A DNA stretch of 64,000 bases from NCBI RefSeq assembly GCF_018977255.1, contig NW_024704743.1:23562001-23626000 (forward strand). Reading direction: 5' to 3'. Origin of the DNA: Callorhinchus milii (lineage: Eukaryota). The translations under genes were made by a program, and so were the position numbers. The notes under the pieces are model-generated. The model ran no database searches. It was given only the letters and a program-made list of their open reading frames with translations, and was not told where the DNA came from. This document shows, in pieces, positions 1 through 12,720 of the stretch. Position 1 is the stretch's first letter. The number at the start of each line of letters is the position of its first letter.

Positions 1-441
1 TAATTACCACTTATTGGAGCATAGCCATTGACTCCGAGCTTGGGTGTCTTACCAAATTTAGTTTGAACCTTTTTTCTTCATGTTAAAGGAAATGGACAGT
101 TCAATGCAACTGATTGAGGAAAATCTCTGGCATGCTAATGTAGTTGTCAATGTTGGAAATCACAGACGTGCTGCCCTTTCAATTATAACTGTGTCAATCT
201 ATTTTCCCAACATAAAACTTGCCTTTCAGTTAACTGTCAAATATCGATCAAGACAGATTATTCCTACTGTTGATTTAAATATAATGAACCTCCAGATACA
301 AAATGTATTTGCATCTTGCTGCCCACAGTTTTTTTCTTGTGAAGGGCTATATAACCTGACTAGATTGACAATATTCAGTTCTTGGCGTAGAGTCTATAAA
401 TTATTTTCAAGGAAATAAAATATGATGATTGAAGAGGAGCA

Positions 442-545
442 TTATAATAATAATAATTCTTGCATTTGATATAATTCCTTTCACATCTCAAAGTGCATCA
501 TAGGATATACTGTAAAGTAGAGTGATTGTGTTTTGCGGGCATATG
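442..545 (-). mobile_element. Degraded SINE 3' tail fragment
   Basis: (aat)n-cttgcatttgatata...actgtaaagt matches the reverse complement of the SINE tail found throughout the window. Confidence 0.7.
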
Positions 546-641
546 AGGAGCACGAAAATGTGACAAGTGTATAGCCACTGTAATTTACAGAAATGCCCTG
601 TAACGTAGTTTGAGAAGTTTAGACATGTGTCTGCTATATCA

Positions 642-965
642 AATACAATACAGAATTACATTTGTATAGCGCCTTTCACATCGGTAGGATGTCCCAAGGC
701 TCTGGACAGTCAGGGATTTGGACCTGAGCATTGGGGGGGTAGGGGGTGGGGGGGATGTGGGGGGATGGTGGTGGTAAAGGAGGGTGGAGGGCATGGAGGG
801 TAGGAGGGTGACCAAAGGCACATTCGAAGAGGAGGGTCTTAAGACGTGCCTTGAAGGATGCCAGGGAGGGAGCAAGGTGAAGGGAATGTGGGATGGAATT
901 CCAAAGGGTGGGGGCGGAGAGGTTGAAGTCCCGACTGCGGATGGTGGGGCGGGCTGGGACCGGAT
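642..965 (-). mobile_element. L2-clade LINE 3' end fragment
   Basis: Minus-strand translation RPTIRSRDFNLSAPTLWNSIPHSLHLAPSLASFKARLKTLLF (L2 ORF2 C-terminus) followed by the L2 3' tail. Confidence 0.9.
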
Positions 966-1350
966 GCATAAATTATAATTATTAATATTGAAGTGCATGA
1001 GGAGAAGTCAGAGAGTGGGACTACATTAAATTGGCTCATATGGAGAAAAAAACACTGTCAGTGGCTGAGGCTTCAGTTCCTTTGCCCTTAACCTTTGGAA
1101 CTACCTCTATTACTCTGTCTCATCCTCTCTTTTTCTGTCTAAGTCCCACCTCATAACCTACCACTTCAAAAGTACCTATGACTACTTCCTACTCCCATTC
1201 TTCCTTGCTTGAAGTCCAACACATTTGCTCTCTGAAAGAATGAATAAAGTAGCTAATATAAATGCTCCTTTTATCAGGAGTCAAAGCTCCGCCTCCCATG
1301 TATGGACGGAATGCCCACTCAACCAAAGAAACTTGTTCCATTTAATCATA

Positions 1351-1664
1351 TTAATAATATTTCTTGCATTTGATATAGCGCTTTTCACGTCGGGAGGACG
1401 TCCCAAAGCGCTTCACAGAACACACTGTAAAGTGAATTGACTGTATATTTGTGGGCGAACGCGGCAGCCAATTGCACACAACAATGTCCCACAAACAGTC
1501 GTAGATTAAAAATAACCAATTTATTATTGTTTTTTGTTTTGGAGGGATTATTATTAGGCGTGTGGAGTAAGGAAACTTGCCCAACGTTTCGCCCTCTGCC
1601 TGGAATTGAACTCAGGTCTCTCGCTTGCAAAGCGAGTGCTCTAACCACTGAGCTACAGGACTCC
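1351..1664 (-). mobile_element. Young tRNA-derived SINE, full length (tail variant A)
   Basis: Head ggagtcctgtagctcagtggttagagc with A/B boxes, Deu-like core gtttgtgggacattg..., L2-type tail and (tta)n. Confidence 0.93.
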
Positions 1665-2394
1665 ACAGATTTCCACCCTTCAGCCATGTTTTTCTGTTCC
1701 AAATCGACGCTAATAAAGGCCGGACACATTCCTGAAGCCAACATTGAGATGTGTTCTGGTGGTTGATGGCCATGGTTGTGGGCATTTCTGGAGTTTCATT
1801 CTGATAGGCTGCTCTTTTAATGTGTCTTTTCAGTTTATTATATCCCTTCCAGAGCTAATCATTCACACACTGAACTGATCAGCATTGATGTTCCCAGTTA
1901 GAAAAGCGTCACTCTTTAAAATTCAAAACTCTTTAACTCATTCTAGGTTAATCCACCGGACTTTAGACCTCCATATGCTGTAAATGGAAACATATTAACT
2001 GCACCAATTTCAAATTGCTGGATCCCACCATTTTTATGGCCAGAGGCATGTGGAGATGGATTGCTTTACTCCTTGTTTTGTGAAGCTGGTTTGTAGGTTG
2101 GCTTTTGTACTGACATATTTCCCATTCACTCGTGACTCGGAACATTGTGAGGCACTTGGGATTTGGCACAAACAGAACAAATGTAAAATTAATCTCCTTA
2201 CAGGGACAACAGAAGAAAATGACCATTGCAACCTTGGAAAACGACAGTGATACAATAATATATTCAATGTAGAGGGCTTCAGAAAGCCGTGGATGTTGCA
2301 AAATAGAAGTGACAAGATGCTTCACTGACTTTAGTATGTCATTGGATAGATATGTTTACCATATGTCACTCAGTTCAGTAACTTCTTGACTCAA

Positions 2395-2454
2395 TGTCCA
2401 ATGTTTGAGTAAGTAAAGCACAATTCAGTGTCCAATGTTTGAGTAAGTAAAGCA
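2395..2454. repeat. 26-bp perfect direct repeat, 34-bp period
   Basis: tgtccaatgtttgagtaagtaaagca at 2395-2420 and 2429-2454. Confidence 0.95.
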
Positions 2455-2904
2455 GGTTATATTGGTACAGTGTAGCCCCTTTACAATGCTCTTTTTTATC
2501 AATCAAATTTGGTTATAACACAGCTGTACTGATTCATTGTTATGTACGCAACTTTTCATACACCAGATGGCTTTTCCTCTAAGTGGTCACCTTCTGGTTC
2601 ATTTGGGCACCACCAATGTCACTTCCTGCTTTGTGGATGCATAACAAACAGGAAGTGAAATTGGTAATGACTTGACCCACAAATTGGTCATTGTTTTCTT
2701 TTAGTGCAGGAAACAGCTGGTGTGTAGTGAGCGATTCAGCCAGCTGTGCACATTGACAGTGAAACTGGCTATATTGTACCTCGCAATAGTTTATTTCATG
2801 CAGCACCTTGTATGACAATTTAAATGAGCTTTGCTGGAAGTTAAGCATTGGGACGTTTTGTATCCAACAGAGTTATAATGGGGCTCCATTCCATCAAGTA
2901 CTTT

Positions 2905-3150
2905 TATCTTTCACCACTCTCTGGAACTCCACCTAGAGTCCCTCCACCACGCTCCCTTCCTTCCTTACCTCTTTCAAGGGTCATCTCAAGATCTCTCTAC
3001 TTTTTCACTGGGTGTTCGATCATCTTCCCTCTTCCCACCGCCTTCACCCCCAAACCCCTCAGCTCCTATACCTAGCTTGGATGCCAAACCAGAACTGTCA
3101 AGAGCCTTGGGATGTCCTCCTGATGTGAGAGGTGCTATATCAATGTAACT
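2905..3150 (+). mobile_element. L2 LINE 3' end fragment
   Basis: ctctggaactcc...tctcaagatctctctactttt...ccttgggatgtcctcctgatgtgagaggtgctatat. Confidence 0.85.
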
Positions 3151-3311
3151 ACGTATTCCATTTTTTGTGTGCAGACAGTTTGGCCAAAACTATTGTGCAT
3201 AAGAGGGAGGGCAAGGCACTTCTATAAAGTAGTGTAGTGTTGCTTTTGATTTGCTTTGGATGAAACAACATGAGCTAACTGGTTGAGTCGTTTCTTTCTG
3301 AAATTGACTTC

Positions 3312-3998
3312 TGTTTAGCATCTTGTTTGACCCTCAACTATCCTTTCTACTCCAAATCCGTGCCATGACCCATTTTGCCTTCTCCCACCTGCGCAACGTG
3401 GCTCTGCCACTGTTTCACACGGCAGGTCGCCAAATCCCTTATACGCAAATTCATAATTTCCAGGCTTGACTATGCAAATTCCCTACTTGTTAGCCTCCCC
3501 AACTCCTCCCTCCATAGACTGCAGATCATCCAGAACTCTGCAGCCCGTGTCCTCTCCTGCACCTCCCTCATCCCCTGACTCCACTGGCTTCCCATCACAC
3601 AGAGGATACAGTTCAAGATCCTAGTCCTCACCTTCAAAGCCCTCCATGGCCTTGCTCTCCCCTGGTTCTGCGACATCCTAACCTCCTACCAACTTGCCTG
3701 CTCTCTCTGCTCAGCAGGCTCCGGCCTGTTTCATGGACCACCTCGCCCGCCCGACCATTGGTGTGCGGGCCTTCAGCCACTCTGCCCCCACCCTCTGGAA
3801 CTCCAACCCGTAGTCCCTCTGCCTCGCCCTTTCCATTGCATTCCTTCAAGACCCATCTCAATATCCTCCTCTTCGATCCTGTCCTCTACCCACCCTAATC
3901 CCAACCCCCAGCTTGTGTCCGAAACATAGATTGTCTGGCACCTTTGGGACGTCCTCCCAACGTGAAAGGCACAAAATAAATGCAATTTTGTTGTTGTT
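3312..3998 (+). mobile_element. L2 LINE 3' fragment (disrupted ORF2 C-terminus plus tail)
   Basis: ISRLDYANSLLVSLPNSSLHRLQIIQNSAARVLS; ends gggacgtcctcccaacgtgaaaggc...(ttg)n. Confidence 0.93.
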
Positions 3999-4924
3999 TG
4001 CTAATGTGAATTGAGTCCAAATAGATTATGGGGTCCAAATTGCATTATTCCTAAAGGCATTCCATACCTATTTAAGAAAGGGCATTATAATGTGTGTTAA
4101 AATACCCCTCACCTCTTCACCCTCCTCTCCCCACCACTCCTCAACTTCTGAATATTGGCAAACCGGGCTGAAAAGCTCAGAGTGCTGCCATTTCAGATTC
4201 TCGTTTAGTGAGGAAGTGCCTCAAAATAGCATTTCTGAGCTTATTTAGTGGATTGTGACCTAAATCGATCTCACTTAGTTGAGGTGCAAGAATATTTCCT
4301 AGCACGCACAAGGCGATTGTAGCCAAAATCTTTCCAACTGTCATTCCAAATTCAATGTGCTAATTACCACATTGAATCTGTTAAGAAACATTACAGTTTT
4401 CACCCTTGTAACCCACCTGAGCCTCTCACATCAGGTTTCAGCCATGTAATCACTCCCAGATGTTCATTATTCTATATAGAAATCAACTGAGGTGGTTGAT
4501 TTACTGCTTTGTGAGGGAGTCGTAATAATCTGTAGTAAATGCACTTTCAGGTTCCACCTCATTTATTTAACTGACTGAATGACCTCGTCTGCAAGTATAA
4601 AGAACATGAGGAAAGTTATTGATCTTTATTCTTCACCTGAAGAATGCATTGCCACACTGGCTAATAGGCTGTTGTGGTAAGATAGCTTGTCAGTTCTCAA
4701 ATCCAATCAGCTATTTGAAAAGGCCGGTGCATTCAATTGGTAAAACGTTGAACAAAATTGTAGCTTTGATCTCAGAAACAATTTTTATTCAAGCCAAAAT
4801 ATTTGGGATGGGACTGCGATGGAGTGAAGAAGCCTCTGAGGCTCAGTGTGGAGATTGCTTTGGATAGTAACTGGGCCACTCAGGGGGAAATGAAAAACAA
4901 ACTGGCCAACAATCTCCTAAACTT

Positions 4925-5095
4925 GATCAATCACTCCATGGCTGTTTGTTGAATATTCCTGTGCAAAAACTGGTTGCCGTATTTCACCCACAAAATAAAC
5001 AGTCAATCCACATTACAGCATGAATCAGTATGAATCGCTTTGAGATGTCTCGATGATGCGACAAGACACTAATCAAATACAAGGATTTTTATTAG
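4925..5095 (+). mobile_element. Degraded SINE 3' half
   Basis: gctgtttgtt...cccacaaaataaacagtcaatccac...caaatacaaggatt. Confidence 0.75.
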
Positions 5096-6025
5096 TAGTA
5101 AATGTCCCCATGTGAGGTATTTTGGCCCTAAACGGCTCAAGAGGTGACCTTGAAGGTATTGGTTAGAAGATACAAAAGGATTCGGTCCTAATTGTTCATT
5201 CGTATCATTATCTGGGGTTGTGTTGGACACCAAATTTTGCTTGAACACAGAAGGGATGAAGGCTTCTCTGGTGTTTACCTCTCTTCAAGGACACCAGGGT
5301 CCCAATACAAGTTGCAAACTGCTTATAAAACATGTGTCCAAACCATGCTATGCGGTTCCGAGCTCCTGGGGATGCAGGGAGGAAGCTTCCTCTGACCTAT
5401 TTGTGAAGTCTAGAACCAAGCAGTGAAGTGGATTTGTGGCAAACTTGGGAAATTACTAGAGAGAGGGAGAGCTCTGACCAACCTGCACTGACTTGTCACT
5501 GAGCACCTTGGAAACAGAGTAAGCAGGCACAACTATTTGCCAAGGCCCCCTTTCAAGGACCTGGATTAAGCAGGCTCTGCCTAGTAAACCTGGTACACAA
5601 AATTGGACCTCAAGAACATTAAGGTGGCTAGCATGCCACAAGCTATCTTGTGGACGTCCTCTCACCACACTGTAGGCTGTCTGTCAAATAGCTGATGGGG
5701 AAATTGAAGTTTGGTCAGATAGGTGTTGCCTGGAGTCCAGGTTTATGAACATATGTTGATATATTGAGGGCTTAGTATCCACATTGATTGATATGCAGAT
5801 AGGTAAACAGCTGCTGCCGAAACTTCACAGCTTAAGCTCTACACCAACAACTTGGGAATCGTCACTCAATGAGAAGAGATGTGCGTCTGAGCTGTGGTCA
5901 GAGGATGGTGGCAATGCTCTTATGCATTTCATGCTGAGCCGTGCTGTTCACCAGGAAGCTTGCACTTAGTTCTCGGTACCCGCGATCCACCTATTGAGGG
6001 CTCAAACTTTATTTCTTGGATGTCA

Positions 6026-6215
6026 AATAATAATAATCCTTGCATTTAATATAGTGCCTTATTACATCTTCGAGATATCTCAAAGCACTTCACAGAATAT
6101 ACTGTAAAGTGAATTGATTGTATATTTTGTGGACGAAACTAACTCGGCAGCTAATTATGCCCAGCAGTGTCCCACAAACAGTCATGAATTGAGTGACCAA
6201 TTTATTATTATTATT
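6026..6215 (-). mobile_element. SINE 3' half
   Basis: (aat)n-ccttgcattt...gtgtcccacaaacagtcatg...gaccaatttattatt. Confidence 0.88.
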
Positions 6216-7137
6216 TTTACAAATAACCAAATAGTGACTACCCTCCTAGGGAGGTGGGATGGGTTGACAGGGGGATAAACCCTGCTTTCTATGGTTATTG
6301 GCATTCAACTTATAGTTAAAGGAGTGTATTTTTTTATGACTCATTTAAAACAGGTGCCTCAGTCAAGGCAGCTAACAAGGGTTTGTTTGGAGTTCAGCCC
6401 TAAGTGCTAATTGGGCACCAGTGACAAGCTAGTGAGCACTTTATATAGCTGGGTGCTTGAGAAAGGTGGGGAAGATGGCTGTAAAAAGCTTCCATATCAA
6501 ACAAAAACCTTTATTTTTGTGATTAAAACCCTCGGTGCATGTATTGTTTTCCAGGCCCAACCCACTCCCTCCTACAAGAAGCAATTGGAGTGCTTTGGGA
6601 GCTGAAATGTTGCGGAATGAAGTCAATACTCTGAGGTGCCCAAGGCATGGCACTTGCCAACCTGCGCCCAATGCTTTCCAGAATTAAGTAAGCAGGGTGT
6701 CTCTCCAGGGAGAGAGTGGTGTACATTCTATATAAAATTTCCATGTGTAGGTGGTATACATATATGGAACTCTCAGTCTGGTTTGAATATTCTTATGCTT
6801 GCTGATGGATTTCCACATTTATCAGACACTCAGACTGAGAAAAAGAAATCTTCAGCTCTTGCAATGGTGTGAACCATGTGGTGGATTGCTTGAGCCTTGA
6901 CACAGGTCAGTACAGTGTTGGTTCCTTGGAGCATTGTACCTGAATCGTATCATTATTTGGATGTTTTTTCACGAAGTGCAGATTATTCTCTGTAATTGGT
7001 CCCACAATGCACGTTTATTTTCCAGTTCATTGCTCTCCATATTACTGCAATATAGTTCATGTTTGTAGCCCTCTCACTCCCTGATCAGTCGCGCTTTTAT
7101 GTCCAATTCAACTTCAGGGCCACTAACAGAATTTGAC

Positions 7138-7570
7138 CCTGGCTCAGTCAGTAACACTCTCACTTCTGGGTCTGAAAGCTGTGGGTTCAAGTCCCACTTC
7201 CAGGATGTGAGCTCAATGTCTAGGCTGATTGTACATCCTCCTGCCGTGAATGGCGCTTTACAAATGTAATTTTGTTGTTGATACTCCAATGCAATACACT
7301 GCATTGTTCGAGGTGATGTCCTCTCTGCTGTTCTTCAGGTGGATGTTAAAGATCTGAAAAGAAAAGGGAGTTTCGCAGGTCCTAGCCAACACTCCTCTAG
7401 AGATAAAATGATCATTCACGTCATGACATTTTGTGGGACTTTACTGTATGTAAAATAACAGTGATGTTTTCAACAAAACATAGCCACTACCCTTGACAGT
7501 ATTACTGTGAAGCTTGGTGAGATGCTTTGATATGATGAGGTTCTATAAAAGTGCAAATTATTTTGTTGTT
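7138..7570 (+). mobile_element. Older DeuSINE (SacSINE1-like) with a short L2 tail inserted at 7230-7278
   Basis: tRNA head ggctcagtcagtaacactctc...gtgggttcaagtcccac; Deu-like caggtggatgttaaagatc...cctagccaaca...ttgtggga. Confidence 0.8.
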
Positions 7571-7767
7571 TACCTTTGTCTTCATTGCTCTCTGCTCTTC
7601 ATGTACTAAGTTCAGTTCCCCAGCTAAAGATGCCATGGTCCATTCCCCAAGTAGGCAACTTGCTTCTGCCGTTATCTGAATGCCATTCTGAAGTCGGCTT
7701 GGGACTGCTTTCCTGCGTAGAAGCACTTGTCTTCTGCTCTCTACCTTTTATATGTGTTGAGGCTGAG

Positions 7768-8079
7768 AATAATAATATTTGCATTTGATATAGCGCTTTT
7801 CACGTCGGAAGGACGTCCCAAAGCACTTCACAGAACACACTGTAAAGTGAATTGACTGTATATTTGTGGGCGAACGCGGCAGCCAATTGCGCACAGCAAT
7901 GTCCCACAAACAGTCATGGATTGAAAATGACCAATTTATTATTGGGTTTTTTTTGGAGCGATTATTATTAGGCTCTGTGTGGAGTAAGGAAACTTGCCCA
8001 AGGTTTCGCTCTGCCTGGAACTGAACTCAGGTCTCTCGCTTGCAAAGCGAGTGCTCTAACCACTGAGCTACAGGACTCC
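7768..8079 (-). mobile_element. Young tRNA-derived SINE, full length (tail variant A)
   Basis: Near-identical to the copies at 1351-1664 and 24411-24735. Confidence 0.93.
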
Positions 8080-9333
8080 GGAATGAGTCCTGTAGCTACA
8101 GGAGCTACAGAATGTTTGGCTTCCAGGAAAGCCTTCTTCAGTTGTCATACAAAATGCCACATGGAATATACTTCTATTTCTCTCACATTTCTTAGCTAAT
8201 TTTCTTAATCTACTAATTTAATTATTTTAAAATTGTCATTGATGAGAATACACAGTAGTGCACACCAGGGGTAAATTCAGTGATGGGTGTTATCTAAGTT
8301 TCCTCATGAATATGTTATGAATATTCTTTTTGCATGAGTGGAACAACATCTGTACCATTGCTATTGAGGTGGATTATCCCTTCAGTTCTATGGGTGATCA
8401 GTTTATACACTTAAACACATTCTGAAATTGCATTGTGAAAGGAAAATCTTGCAACTCTTGATTTCTCTTCTCCCTGTACAGAAGGGATTAATGCTAAATA
8501 GCCCATTTGCCCACACTTTTAAGAGAATAGGATACAAACTGCAGTGTGCATTCTGATGTTTTTCAGACTGTGCCAAATGATTGGCTCCATGTTGGCCGGG
8601 AAGAGACTGCCACAGAGTAGTATGTAAAATTAGTACTTTTTGCAAAAGAAAGCCAAAATAAATTAAACTTTTAAATTGTATTTTGGTAATTTTTTTTTCC
8701 TTTTGATCAGCTCTATGTTCATTTCCCGTGATTTAATAGTCCAGCAGTCCACACAACTTCTAGGCTGTTGGTGGTCCATTGGTTGGTAGACCAATAGGAT
8801 CTTTAGGCTATAGATATTAAGAATCTTCTTTGTGAGTAGATATCAGTAGTGCGTACATTGAAAATAAAATAATTCAAAGTCAACAAGGCAACCAGGCAGA
8901 TTGGACTGTTATGCTCTAGAATTCATCAGTAACTGTGAGAGGAATTAGATGAGGATCTAGTAAAACGCTGAAGCCAATGAAAGGTTATCTTTTGCTCCAA
9001 ATATACGAGAGTCTAACATCTTCAGTGAACACAAATGTTTTGAGGGCATTATGTAGGATTTTCTCAAAGCTCATCGATAGTGCGCAGGTGTTCCAGAGAG
9101 TGTTCAATAAGGAGCCATAGGTTACATCTTTTAAATTCGGTGGAACTGTTTGAGGAAGTGACTATAGTTGATTAGAGCTCTCCAAGAGATGTACAGTAAT
9201 TTGGGAAAGACTTCCCATTCCTAATCATTTTACTGCTGGAAGAGATATTAATTTTGCTTCCATCAGTTTAAGCAGAGCTTTATACAAAAGCTTTATACAA
9301 GCTGCACATGAGTAAATGCCTCTTGGAATGATT

Positions 9334-9397
9334 ACAACAACAAAATTGCATTTGTATAGCGCCTTTCATGTCAGGAGGACGTTCTGATGTGAAAGGC
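9334..9397 (-). mobile_element. Very short L2 tail with fold-back at its 5' junction
   Basis: (aca)n-aattgcatttgtatagcgcctttcatgtcaggaggacg, then inverted ctgatgtgaaaggc. Confidence 0.8.
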
Positions 9398-9521
9398 ATT
9401 GTTATTGTACCTAGCAGTTACCATAGAGAGTTCTGATCATAGGGTCATAATCTTCCTTATACAATGGCTTGGGCCATGCATCGTGATATGTATAGAGAAT
9501 TGCTGGTTGGTCAGCATCGAG

Positions 9522-9653
9522 CCTGAGGATCTTCTTCTTTGACCATGCTTACGGTCACTCCCACCCACCCCCTGGCTCGGCGTCAGGTTTCGCGACTGTC
9601 AAGCGCACTAAAACATAACCCTGCATGAAAGGCGCTGTATAAATGCAAGTTGC
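9522..9653 (+). mobile_element. L2 3' end, second subfamily
   Basis: cttctttgaccatgcttacggtcac...gaaaggcgctgtataaatgcaagttg; related to 17860-18055. Confidence 0.75.
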
Positions 9654-10694
9654 GATTGACGAATACCTGAGCACTGGTGGTTTTGAAGATTCCTGGCCAG
9701 CCACACCCTGCAGTCTGGTCTCCTACAGCCATTTGATTTATGTTAGTGTGTTCCACCATCAAAAGTAGTGAATATATGCATCTAAGTGTGAATGATAATA
9801 ATAATCCTTATATGTGCTATGGTGAGTTTCACGTCACGAGGATTGTCAGGCTATACTATGTGAGTTCCAAGACCCAACATAGGACTTTAACCCTCAACCT
9901 TATAAACCAGAGGCAAGAAGGCTACCACCTAAGCCAGACTGACACTAACTAATGTTTAGGCATGGATCTGAAATGACACTGATCAAAGATTGAGCTCCAG
10001 TGATATTGTCATTAGTCACAGAAAAGCGGTGGAAGCCATGATAACAAGAGTAGATGGTTCAGATGCCATATACTATTTGAGTAATATCTCCCACCTGCTA
10101 TTTGTTATGTTTATAAGCAATATAAACCATCCTGTGATCAGGGAGAAGAAAGGAAATGTTTGTAATGCCTAAACATTCATTTTTACACAGAGCAGTTTTG
10201 ATCATTGACAGTTCAATGCAAGCTTCAGCAGCCAAACAGAATCAACACCCTATTGAGGCAGTAATTATCCAGCCTTTCATTGCACTGATGCAGAAAACAG
10301 CAATGGCAAGGTGGCTGGTAAAGCAGAACAGGAAGAGATATGTTTTTGCTCAGACAGCAATGCCCTGGTAATTAGAGGTAGTTTCATATTCGCAGCTTGA
10401 CTTGCCATGACTATTTGTGGGGCTTTTTCATGTTTCCAAAGCCCCACAGGTAGTCAATGTGTGCAAATTAAGTCTAACTGGCCCACATCACAGGAGATAC
10501 CTCAATACCTCACTGTGCTCCCAGTATGATTAATACAGTTCTACATTTATTCAGTGCTGGCACAAAAAAAAGTTGCCAAACAAGGTAAAGATGAATAATA
10601 AATTTCCTAATCATGCAGCAGGTCCACAGCAATTGTACTGGATGCATTGACAACTTTATAAGGGAACAATGGGTGTGCAGTTAATGCACATTTA

Positions 10695-11150
10695 GTTTTC
10701 TCCACTTTTCTTCCCTTAAAACTGCTCTCGTCACTCCCCACCTCAAAAAACCCACACTTGGCCGATCCAGTCTCACAAATTATTGACCCATTTCCAACCT
10801 GCCCTTTCTTGCCAAAGCTCTGGAAAATATTAGCTCTGGTCACTAACCAGCTTTGCTCACACCTCTCCTTCCACTCCCTCTTCGAGCCCCTCCAGGTTCC
10901 ACTCTGCCCATAGCACAGATGTGGAGCTTGTCAAGGTCACAAATGATGCTCTCTCTCTCTGTGACCTGGGCTCTCTCTGCTTCCCCATCCTCCTGGACCT
11001 CTCCGCCATGTTCAACACAGTCGACCACGCCTTCTTCATCCACCACCTCACCTCCCTCAGCGTTGTGCTCGGTGTTGTGCTCTGCCACTGTCAAGCTCTC
11101 TGGGACACTACCCTGTGTGAGGGGCCCTATATAAATGCAAATTGTTGCTC
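10695..11150 (+). mobile_element. Internally deleted L2: RT N-terminal part joined to the 3' tail
   Basis: ELVKVTNDALSLCDLGSLCFPILLDLSAMFNTVDH, followed almost directly by ...gggccctatataaatgcaaattgttg. Confidence 0.85.
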
Positions 11151-12334
11151 TCATCTCCTGATGAAATCGGAGTCCTTCATTTTTATACTGGGAATCAGGC
11201 ATTGGTGACCTCAGGTACCTCATCCACATGGCCATTACACATGAAGTGAGTATTCAAAGATTGGTTGAGTGTGGAGGCTTCACAACTGAGGACAATCATG
11301 TCCTCGTCTGACAGCCACATACGTTCACTTTCTAGCACTGATCTAGAGATCAAGAGTAGGAATCCAGGCTTCTTCACCTTGACTGAAAACCTCCTTCTTT
11401 GCTACATGTTCATTGTGTACAAATGCTTAACAATTCTTGTTCTGCTTTTTGGGTCAACTAATGTCTGACAGATATGGAAATCCATCACCGTGCTTAGGAG
11501 CATCCAAATCAGACTGAGTTCCACCTGTCATATGGATGTCACCTGCACATGAAAACTTCCACTCTCCCTGGAGGGACGCACAATGCTTACCTAATTCTGC
11601 TCTCTCTTTTGTGTGTGTTTGGGAGTAGGGAGTGTTGGTGCATCTGCTCCTCCATTTAGCAAATTCATTGCAGTGAAATTCTGCTCTGTTTGCTAAGCCA
11701 CATGAATTTGTTCCTGTGTGTTTGCTTTATTAAAAAAGAAATGCAATTTGAAATGCATCTTTCAAATTTATATTTATATACAAGTGCAATGGAATTTATA
11801 AATTGCGTTAAGCACACAGAGAGAAATTAGTAAAACACATGGTAATGAGCAGAATACCGCCAGCATTAATTTCATTCTGTGGAGAGTCCAGGGCAGAACA
11901 TGCCCAACACTATTCATGTAATGTCTGAAAAAGCCTACAATGCTTTACAAGCAGTACAAAATGAATGGGACGTGTTCAGCGTTAAATTCAGTCTGTACAA
12001 GTTCCCACAGGAGAAAACAGGAGGGTGCTCAACATTCAATAATGCATCATGTCTTAAATTATGTGAATGGCAAGTATGCATTGGCACAGCACCCAGGGTC
12101 AGTGCGCTGCCTCTAACCAAAGACCAGGCCTTGCTGAATAATTCAGCTGTTAATCGCTCTTTGTGGCATTGAGTGCCATTCATTACTAAAATAATGGCAT
12201 TTAGTTGCACTTCTTTCCCAGTGTCCTGATCGTTCCTGGAAATTTTAAAAAAATATAAGTGGGCCTTTTTTTTAAACCCGTTTTCTTTTTTCTTCTCATT
12301 AAGTATTTGGTTTACTTTTCCTTCAACTGGGAGT

Positions 12335-12720
12335 ACAACCCACGTGCACCTTCTTCAGATGTTGCCCAAGTATTCACGGGTGAGCCTTGACAGTGAGGAT
12401 CAGCAGGCTGTTCAATTATTTGCACCAGAAAACACAGAGGGGGGGGGGTAGATGGATGCTCAGTAGAGTATAAACACTGACACAGGCAAAATTTGGGCCG
12501 AAATGAGCTGTTTCCATGCTCAATGTAACTCGGGCGGGTCTGAACCCAATCCTGTCCTCACCACAACATCCACACACAAATATCTTGTAGCAGCAGCCTC
12601 TGCAAAGAGTGGGAACCTCGGCTGATTTTTTTTCTCCTCTCTCTCTCTGTCTCCTATCCCTGAGGACAATTGTAGCATTTCCAGCTGTGATCAACAAACG
12701 CAGCAACGGCTGAGTGGTGG
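12335..12720 (-). mobile_element. Old dispersed repeat, probably a tRNA-type SINE (family unassigned)
   Basis: cccaatcctgtcctcacc...gggaacctcggctgattttt motifs shared with 16768-16960 (+), 39945-40105 (-) and 43950-44265 (-). Confidence 0.55.

Noticed and set aside
2395..2454. CRISPR-like repeat
   Set aside because: Only two units with an 8-nt gap, in vertebrate intron; a simple tandem duplication.
6230..6430. LF-SINE-like fragment
   Set aside because: Only short motifs in inconsistent orientation; cannot be supported without an HMM search.
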